From NCBI RefSeq assembly GCF_018977255.1, contig NW_024704743.1, positions 78,368,001-78,432,000 on the forward strand: a stretch of 64,000 nucleotides of DNA, read 5' to 3'. A program made the translations under genes and the position numbers. Origin of the DNA: Callorhinchus milii. Its lineage: Eukaryota. Under the pieces are notes generated by a model. The model had not been told where the DNA came from. It searched no databases and worked only from the letters and a program-made list of their open reading frames with translations. Below are positions 51,601-58,000 of the stretch, one piece after another (the stretch's first letter is position 1; each line of letters begins with the position of its first letter).

Positions 51601-51672
51601 AAGAAATCTCAAGACTTGGCACTGTTAAATATCAGTAAATGTCATTCTTACCTTTGCTTTTGAAGCTGCCAT
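18437..51672 (-). CDS. Complete FACIT collagen gene (COL21A1/COL9A1-related; Ser-Gly-rich N-terminal domain + TSPN + COL2 + COL1), 29 coding exons, 2829 nt, ~942 aa
   Basis: 29 GT-AG exons join in one open frame from ATG (51672) to TAA (18437). Contains Gly-X-Y exons of 54/45/72/36 nt, a TSPN domain, the FACIT C-x4-C motif (CEARDC) and a KGP-type C-terminus. Confidence 0.9.
19576..19653 (-). CDS. Collagen exon 28 with GX imperfection ([26 protein letters not shown])
   Basis: 78 nt, phase 1->1; FACIT COL1 imperfection. Confidence 0.93.
19751..19841 (-). CDS. Collagen exon 27 ([30 protein letters not shown])
   Basis: 91 nt, phase 0->1. Confidence 0.92.
20241..20417 (-). CDS. Collagen exon 26, NC2 and start of COL1 ([48 protein letters not shown]...)
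   Basis: 177 nt; amphipathic FACIT NC2 helix with Cys. Confidence 0.93.
20815..21150 (+). mobile_element. L2 LINE 3' fragment
   Basis: ctccactggcttcccatc...ctctggaactc...tccttcaagtcccatctcaagacc. Confidence 0.75.
21170..21372 (-). mobile_element. Deu-type SINE 5' part, just downstream of collagen exon 25
   Basis: ggtgtcagcctggctcagttggtagcac head on the minus strand. Confidence 0.75.
21407..21553 (-). CDS. Collagen exon 25, end of COL2 ([20 protein letters not shown]...GSEGSQ)
   Basis: 147-nt Gly-X-Y exon, canonical sites. Confidence 0.95.
21918..22322 (+). mobile_element. tRNA-headed SINE (long subfamily with extra central segment)
   Basis: Same head and tail as 16357 plus gcctctgtttacctagcagtaagtagg...gatcgctttcccagggg. 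Confidence 0.85.
23130..23568 (-). mobile_element. Full-length Deu-type SINE
   Basis: Head, core and tail all present. Confidence 0.82.
23648..23680 (-). CDS. Collagen exon 24 ([11 protein letters not shown])
   Basis: 33-nt exon; the split triplet GQ|Q is completed by the next exon. Confidence 0.9.
23768..23812 (-). CDS. Collagen exon 23 ([15 protein letters not shown])
   Basis: 45-nt Gly-X-Y exon. Confidence 0.92.
24944..24979 (-). CDS. Collagen exon 22 ([12 protein letters not shown])
   Basis: 36-nt Gly-X-Y exon. Confidence 0.92.
25077..25148 (-). CDS. Collagen exon 21 ([24 protein letters not shown])
   Basis: 72-nt Gly-X-Y exon. Confidence 0.93.
25190..25790. mobile_element. SINE 3' half (+, 25190-25360) and degenerate Deu SINE (-, 25440-25790)
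   Basis: Shared tail motifs in opposite orientation. Confidence 0.7.
27899..27952 (-). CDS. Collagen exon 20 ([18 protein letters not shown])
   Basis: 54-nt Gly-X-Y exon. Confidence 0.93.
28091..28144 (-). CDS. Collagen exon 19 ([18 protein letters not shown])
   Basis: 54-nt Gly-X-Y exon. Confidence 0.93.
28254..28307 (-). CDS. Collagen exon 18 ([18 protein letters not shown])
   Basis: 54-nt Gly-X-Y exon. Confidence 0.93.
28397..28441 (-). CDS. Collagen exon 17 ([15 protein letters not shown])
   Basis: 45-nt Gly-X-Y exon; AAG acceptor. Confidence 0.9.
28925..29105 (+). mobile_element. SINE 3' half
   Basis: ggtcactcaatccacgact...acagtcaattcactttacagtatattctgtgaag...(TTA)n. Confidence 0.8.
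29543..29596 (-). CDS. Collagen exon 16 ([18 protein letters not shown])
   Basis: 54-nt Gly-X-Y exon. Confidence 0.93.
29720..29773 (-). CDS. Collagen exon 15 ([18 protein letters not shown])
   Basis: 54-nt Gly-X-Y exon. Confidence 0.93.
29942..29995 (-). CDS. Collagen exon 14 ([18 protein letters not shown])
   Basis: 54-nt Gly-X-Y exon. Confidence 0.93.
30086..30139 (-). CDS. Collagen exon 13 ([18 protein letters not shown])
   Basis: 54-nt Gly-X-Y exon. Confidence 0.93.
30722..31040 (-). mobile_element. Young tRNA-headed SINE (short subfamily)
   Basis: Nearly identical to the 53262 and 54311 copies. Confidence 0.9.
31853..32008. repeat. Imperfect inverted repeat / MITE-like palindrome
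   Basis: gcttctgggt...gacatcacttcctgtgcat pairs with atgtgcaggaaatgatatc...acccagaaac. Confidence 0.65.
32732..32785 (-). CDS. Collagen exon 12 ([18 protein letters not shown])
   Basis: 54-nt Gly-X-Y exon. Confidence 0.93.
32891..32944 (-). CDS. Collagen exon 11 ([18 protein letters not shown])
   Basis: 54-nt Gly-X-Y exon. Confidence 0.93.
34288..34341 (-). CDS. Collagen exon 10 ([18 protein letters not shown])
   Basis: 54-nt Gly-X-Y exon. Confidence 0.93.
34665..34985. mobile_element. L2 3' end (+) abutting a CR1 3' end (-)
   Basis: Matches 14630-14810 and the reverse complement of 56750-56860. Confidence 0.75.
35004..35057 (-). CDS. Collagen exon 9 ([18 protein letters not shown])
   Basis: 54-nt Gly-X-Y exon, AG/GT. 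Confidence 0.93.
35157..35243 (-). CDS. Collagen exon 8, CxC linker and start of COL2 ([29 protein letters not shown])
   Basis: 87 nt, canonical sites, Gly-X-Y begins. Confidence 0.9.
35925..36657 (-). mobile_element. L2 LINE 3' fragment
   Basis: [16 protein letters not shown]...FDPQLSF...[10 protein letters not shown]...LIQNSAARI. Confidence 0.88.
36872..36949 (-). CDS. Collagen exon 7 ([26 protein letters not shown])
   Basis: End-of-TSPN CCEIP motif; 78 nt; canonical sites. Confidence 0.92.
37523..37913 (-). CDS. Collagen exon 6, TSPN/LamG core ([17 protein letters not shown]...WNLWEV...[11 protein letters not shown]...LLVDC)
   Basis: ORF 37475..38044 with characteristic TSPN motifs; 391 nt, phase 2->0. 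Confidence 0.95.
38770..39175 (+). mobile_element. Old degenerate Deu-type SINE
   Basis: ggtgccatcctttcgataagatgttaaacc...aaaatcccagaatattattcaaa core. Confidence 0.55.
39442..39565 (-). CDS. Collagen exon 5, TSPN N-part ([41 protein letters not shown])
   Basis: VxGS...AYRL motif typical of FACIT TSPN domains; canonical splice sites, phase 1->2. Confidence 0.9.
41684..41755 (-). CDS. Collagen exon 4 ([24 protein letters not shown])
   Basis: cttttag acceptor, gtaatt donor, 72 nt, phase 1->1. Confidence 0.7.
41943..42374 (-). CDS. Collagen exon 3, acidic Ser/Thr/Pro-rich Ser-Gly domain (432 nt)
   Basis: tttcctttag acceptor, G|gtacgt donor, open frame (ORF 41935..42471), phase 1->1. Confidence 0.85.
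44689..44797 (-). CDS. Collagen exon 2, signal peptide ([36 protein letters not shown])
   Basis: ttgcag acceptor, gtgagt donor, hydrophobic core, phase 0->1. Confidence 0.8.
46092..46885 (+). repeat. Unclassified ~790-bp interspersed repeat, copy A (collagen intron 1)
   Basis: Aligns block by block with the reverse complement of 52450-53238. Confidence 0.75.
47850..48455 (-). mobile_element. Deu SINE fragment joined to an L2 3' end
   Basis: SINE tail/core to ~48135, then L2 sequence matching 14450-14780. Confidence 0.75.
48660..49430 (-). mobile_element. Rearranged L2 LINE RT fragment
   Basis: [13 protein letters not shown]...[12 protein letters not shown] motifs and [12 protein letters not shown], frameshifted. 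Confidence 0.9.
50574..50642. repeat. (TA)n/(CA)n microsatellite
   Basis: Directly visible. Confidence 0.85.
51652..51672 (-). CDS. Collagen exon 1 coding part (MAASKAK)
   Basis: ataATGG start and AAG|gtaaga donor; phase 0 matches exon 2. Confidence 0.7.
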
Positions 51673-51975
51673 TATTTCAAATGTGCAGGATACGTTTGTC
51701 GACACAAAAAACACTGACTTCCACGTTAAAAGTTTAAAAGTTCTCTTTCATAATTAATCAAAATCTTCTTTCTGTCAAACCTCCATTCAAGACCAACCAT
51801 CAGCCAGGTTTCTGGTGTGCCAGTGATTCAATGCAAGTTTTATCTGCCTTTTACTATGTCATTCCACACAGACTCATTTCAGAGGGCCATCGATCAAGAC
51901 GTGTGAAATACTTCAGCTCTTAAATGCAAACATTCAGCTTGCGTCATTTTTAACTTCCAATGTTTAAAGTCATGA

Positions 51976-51981
51976 TTTATA
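51976..51981 (-). promoter_or_regulatory. Candidate TATA box of the collagen gene
   Basis: cTATAAAt about 300 nt upstream of the ATG; motif only. Confidence 0.3.
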
Positions 51982-52449
51982 GGTTCACTACCACATAAGC
52001 GTTTAAAAATTCCAAACCATTCCTTCGATTCAAAAGGATAAAACTTTCAAACTTGGTTTAAGAAAATTCTAGCTGCTTCTTCTAGTTATATTTAGATAAT
52101 CTTGAATTCACAAACATTAATTATTTTGTTTGGTCAATTAGTATTTTGTGTCCTTCACAACCAATTATATTCATTTTAATTTGGATTCAAGTATCTTTAT
52201 GTATGTTTGGACATTAATTCGAATAATTAGAAACTAAATAATTTATAAACTCATTTTATAATTTATATTAATGGATATAGTACATAGGTAGTTTGGGATA
52301 TATGTGCATGCAAACACCAGGAAGGTGGAAGGTGAACTAGATGGACCTTGTCTTTTTTCATTTGGCATTTCTTTTGTTCTTACAAACCAAAAATGTAAAA
52401 TGTGAGAAGTATGTTCTGAAGGTTTTTTTTGTTTCTTTAATTAATCTAT

Positions 52450-53238
52450 TTTGTGGTCAGGCAAGTGTCTGACACATGCATAAACCTAGCGCCAAGCTTA
52501 GGAGCATTCAAACCAAGTATGAGTTCTACGCATGCCACCTACAGATGGAAATCCCCGGGTTTGGAGTGGAATATTCCCCAGAAGACTCACCCTGCTTACC
52601 CAGTTCTGGAGAGTATTTGGTTCAGGTTGGCAAGAGCCAAGGCTTGGGGACCCCAGTGTGGTTGGGGTCTGCTGCAGTTTAACCAGCTAAAACTGTATAG
52701 CTTGCCATTGAAAACAATGTCCTGCTTGGCCAGCTGGGATACCTGTTAGGGCTTTGGCTTGCAGGGTTAACAGGAAGAGTTGAAAAAATCCCTGCCCCAA
52801 ATCCCTCTCCAGGTCCTGCCAATGTCCAGCAATGGCTGGTCTGCCTTCAACAAAAACAAAATTACATTTATACAGCACCTTTCATGTCAGAAAGATGTCC
52901 CAAGGAGCTGACATTCAGCGGTGCCCTGGAATACTGCAGACCCCACTGACTCAAGAACCAGATTACTAAGATTGCCACAGAGGACTGATCCAATTCCAAT
53001 GCCAAACACATTATCTTGGAGCTAGTTCAGCGCAGTTTGACCTCTCACTAGGTGAGAGGCAAATACCAGGAATTCCCTGAGAGCATAAAGGTGAACAGGA
53101 AAACTCAGCATGAAATGCATTGGAGTGTTCCATTATTTTCCTGCCCACAGCTCAGATACGCATCCCTACCTATTAAGCAAGTTGCACCAGTTAGAAGTAC
53201 AGCAACTCCACACACCAATCAAGGTGGATTCCAAGCCC
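52450..53238 (-). repeat. Unclassified interspersed repeat, copy B (upstream of collagen exon 1), with a short L2-tail insert
   Basis: Inverted relative to 46092-46885. Confidence 0.75.
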
Positions 53239-53261
53239 TAGATATAAACTTGTAAACCCAT

Positions 53262-53577
53262 AATAATAATAATAATCCTTGCAGTTGATATAGCGCTTTT
53301 CACGTCTTCTAGACGTCTCAAAGTGCTTCACAGAATACACTGTAAAGTGAATTGACTGTACATTTGTGGGCGAACGCAGCAGCCAATTGCGCACAGCAGT
53401 GTCCCACAAACAGTCGTAGATTGAAAATGACCAATTTATTATTGTTTTTTGGAGGGATTATTATTAGGCTCTGTGTGGAGTAAGGATACTTGCCCACAGT
53501 TTCGCCCTCTGCCTGGAATTGAACTCAGGTCTCTCACTTGCAAAGCGAGTGCTCTAACCACTGAGCTACAGGACTCC
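53262..53577 (-). mobile_element. Young tRNA-headed SINE
   Basis: Full head, body and (TTA)n tail. Confidence 0.9.
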
Positions 53578-54310
53578 ACAATATATGAAATATAGTGAAG
53601 ATTCTTAAATCAAAATAGATAGTTGGTTCAAACCGAGGCAGTCAAATATTGGAAGGTAAAAACAAAGGCGAGTGCAGCAAAAAGTAGGGATAGAAAAATA
53701 CTGTAATTATCCCTCTAACATAATAGTGTGTTTAATGCAAGAGCAGCTTATCTTAATAATAATCCTTGCATTTGATATGACACTTTTCACATCTGCTCGA
53801 CTTCTCAAAGCACTTCACAGAATAGACTGTAAAGTGAATTGACTGTATATTTGTGAGCAAAATGCAGCAACCAATTGCGCACAGCAGTGTCCCACAAACA
53901 GTCATGGATTGAAATGACCAATTTATTATGTTTGCTTTTTGAGATTACAGTACATATGTAGTTAAAAGGTCAATCTCTGAATGGAATGCAATACATCTAC
54001 AAGCTACTGCAATGCAGATAATGAACATTCATGTTCATCTCAAATGAAGACACAATTTCCTTTTTTCGGGTCACAAACTTAACATTTATGTTTTCTGCTA
54101 ATGCTCGTGTTTAAACCAAACCATTCAAAATCTGTGTCAGTTTTTATCCTCATGCAAAATTTATGGTTCAACTAGTGGCTCAGGGAGAGGGGAGGCAATG
54201 ACAAAACCACAAACCAGTAGAAATACTATTAAGAACTAAAGGAATTACAATATGATAGCCAGAAGCAATAATATCAAGGTCCTCAGATGAGGCAACAGAG
54301 AATAAGAATG

Positions 54311-54625
54311 ATAATAATAATAATCCTTGCATTTGATACAGCGCTTTTCACGTCGGGAGGACGTCCCAAAGCGCTTCACAGAACACACTGTAAAGTGAAT
54401 TGACTGTATATTTGTGGGCGAACGCAGCAGCCAATTGCACACAGCAATGTCCCACAAACAGTCGTAGATTGAAAATGACCAATTTATTATTGTTTTGGTT
54501 TTTGGAGGGATTATTATTAGGCGTGTGGAGTAAGGAAACTTGTCCAAGGTTTCGCCCTGCCTGGAATTGAACTCGGGTCTCTCGCTTGCAAAGCGAGTGC
54601 TCTAACCACTGAGCTGCAGGACTCC
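54311..54625 (-). mobile_element. Young tRNA-headed SINE downstream of the SNRNP48 stop
   Basis: Full-length copy. Confidence 0.9.
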
Positions 54626-54980
54626 GTAATTGCAAGTGTCAGAGGAACATCCAGTCTACTCTGCAGTAATGCTCAAGTCAGTGCTAAGACTGAGGATTCC
54701 GAGGCTCAGACAGAGACTGTTGGTGCGTTAGTTATTGTAAAGCATATGATAGAGGCAACAGAGAATAAGAATGATACAGGCAGATTGTATACATTATTTG
54801 AAGCCCAAGATAAGATTACTGCCTTAGAATTGTGCCATGTATTCCAGTTGATGCTTGACAAGTTAATAGCCAGGTTTAAATACTACAAATTTAAAGAATA
54901 CTTGTTTGAGACAGTCATCACATTATATGCAAAACACTTTTTTCCATAACTTTTACTTCAGTTATCCATTCCATTGTACT

Positions 54981-55035
54981 TCATTTCCGTCGTTTATGAC
55001 TGTGATTCCGATCTTCATCTCGAGAGTGATGCTTC
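54981..55035 (-). CDS. SNRNP48: SNRNP48 last coding exon ([17 protein letters not shown])
   Basis: tttcag acceptor; HSHKRRK conserved; TGA stop. Confidence 0.9.
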
Positions 55036-58000
55036 CTGAAATTGCGCATGAAAAATACTTTACTGTTTTTAATTGAATGAGAATTCCATTGTTAGAAAAA
55101 ATTTAAAGTAATCCAAAAGCTAAGTGATTCCTCCATTAAATATACCTCTCTCGTTTTTTTCGTCCATCTCTTTCTCTCCCCCGTTCTGGATTTCTCTGAT
55201 CATGTGGACTTCTGCTTCGATTTTTTCTGCGGGTGACACGATCTACAGCTTTACTGCTCCCAGTAGACAGTCGAGATTCCACTGACGGCGACCTTCGATC
55301 GTCAGATCTTTTTCTAGAAAAAAGAAAAATATTTCCAGAAAAACATTGCAAAATAATGGCTATTCTCCTATCAGGCCAATTTGTGGGCTTGTGTAGCAGA
55401 GTAGCCCATCTCTTCAATCCACAGCTACCATTTAAGATTCCAATTTATATATTAAGCAAGTTACATTACTCTTATACTGCATTACTGGTATCAGTGTGGT
55501 GCCCTTGAGCACACACATCACCAAAAATACAATAAAAAAACAATAATTTGGTCACTCAATCCACGACTGTTTGTGGGACACTGCTGTGCGCAATTGGCTG
55601 CCGCATTTCCAACTGTACTAATGCTCACAATTTAATGAATGAAGAAAGTGTTTTTTTGTTCAATATTGGATTGGCAATGAGTGGGTTGCTCAGTAAAAAG
55701 CGCTTTGTATGTGCAAGGTGCTGTTTTAGTCAACTTCACTAAGCTTCCAGTCACTTTAAATGTCAATTTTGACTGGAGCAAAACAGAAAACCTTAAAAGG
55801 TTAGAGCGGCCAAATGTCTCAATTTCCTTCTACTCTGAAATTTACCGTAAACTACCTGGATTTCACCTGCGATTTCTCGGCCAAATCCAGATAGTGATAT
55901 TAGTAGCATGCCTACCGTCGAGAAGTTGAAGTTTTTGATGATATGGAAGGGCTGGGTTCTTCATGTTCTTCAGAGTGATCAGATTCATTCTGGTTTTTCC
56001 AGTATTTGGAGAGTTCGTCCATATGTACATTAATAACATCCCTAATAATCTGTAAATTATTTGGGCACAGTAAAACAGGGCATAATTTAAAAAGAACACT
56101 ATACCTATACAATTCTAAAATGTAAACCACAAATCAAAAAATAATTTAAATCACATCAAGTACTGGAAGGGAACAAGGTTCCTTATAGAGATCAGTTTTT
56201 ATGAAGACAAGGAAAAGGCAACTGATTTTTTTTAAATAGTGCATAGTAGAACTCTGTTACTGTACTTAATTGTAAGAAAATTTCTTATATTGAATAGAAT
56301 CAGAAAGTGCAAATTCATTCAAGACAAAAATAGAAGAACTATAGAAAACAAATTAAAGAATTTGATGTAAAGACAAGTAAAAGAAATGGGTGCTCTATTC
56401 CCACCTAAATCTTGTGCAACTCCATTCTGACCTAATCCACTGGTGTGGCTAAAATTCCCATTTATGACTCAAACCCATTTTAGTAAAAAGGCTCTACTGG
56501 AGTAGTGTAGAGTGAATCAGTTTACACCACACCTATTTACAGGTTTCTGCTTGTTTTTTGCAGGCTACACTAATTATCTACTGAAACCAAGTGAACTGCT
56601 CATTCAATGAATAACCCACAATAGCTCAGTTAAATTTAGGTTAGTGGTATTTTCGTTACTTAGTAGAAATTTGGAACTCTCTCCCCCAAAAGGCTGTGGA
56701 TGCTGGATCTATTCACATTTAAAGAGTGAGGTGGATAGATATTTGTTAAGTCAGGGTATCAAGGGATAAGGGTTATGGGCAGGTAATTGGAGTTAATCAG
56801 CCATGATCTTATAGAATGGTGGAATAAGCTCGAGGGGCTGAACAGCCTACTCCTGTTTGTATACAGTGGCTGAAAGTGCAGCCGCCAATAATGGAGCAGA
56901 GGAGGCAAAGGACAAACAGGCGGCCAGATCCAGCTGGGAGGAGGCAGTGGGTAGTGCAGTGGGGAGAAAGCAGGTCAGAAAGGTAGGGAGGTGACAGGGC
57001 ACAAAGGGATTGGTAGATGAGTGAGTGGATCTTGAAATCGATCCGTTCAGTGATAGGGAGCCTGTGGCGAGGTCTGCTGTGATGGGGGAACAAGGTTTAG
57101 TATCGGTGAGAATACAGCTGGTGGAATTCTGAATCATTTGTAGATTGTGGGCACTGGGCCTGGAATGACTGGTGAGGAAGGTATTAAAGTAGCATCAATT
57201 AAAGGTATTGCATAATAGTCTATGTAGAGAAAAAGGCTATGATCAGAGATGTTCATTTGCTGGAGAGAATACTGTGTAGCAGATCCCTAAAATATACATT
57301 TATAAGCTTCCACATAGGAGGGTATGAAGTTGGGATGAAAGTACATCATGAAGGAAGACTTATCCTGTATACAACCCATGCTACACCAGACTTGAAAGCA
57401 CTTGTACATTTACAAGCTTGGCCAAACACATCAATATACAGCTTTACGAAAGAAAGAATAATGAAAGTTTGGGGAGGGGCTCCTGCCAAAATATTTCTAT
57501 CAAACTGGGCACAATATTCAAAACAAATAAAGCACAGCAGTTTTAAACAGTGCAGTATCACAATATAACTTGGTTGAATTAATCACCTCTGTGTACGATT
57601 TCTTTGTTATATGAACATTTTTGGCTCTGTAAGATTGGCGACGACGTTTGTAATCTCTCATTTCAGCAAGAATTTCCAGGTGAGACTTAGGCTCCTTCTG
57701 TTCTTCATCTGCAGGTTACGGTGAGAAAAGAGAGATAATGGTCAGAATGTTGGAAATATGATGAGATTAAGGGTTATATTTCACTAGTATAGAGATTGCT
57801 AATGCTCTCAAAATCTTTCACCGAATATTATTAATAACAATCCTTGCATTTGATATAGCATCTTAACATGTCGTTGAGATATCTTAAAGCACTTTGCAGA
57901 ATATATTGTAAAGTGAATTGACTGTATATTTTGTGGGCGAAACATGGCAGCCAACTGTCCACAGCAGTGTCCCACAAACAGTCGTGGATTCAGTGACCAA

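Noticed and set aside
18437-51672. Assigning the symbol COL21A1 or COL9A1
   Set aside because: No vWA or COL3 domain, and orthology cannot be established without phylogeny and synteny.
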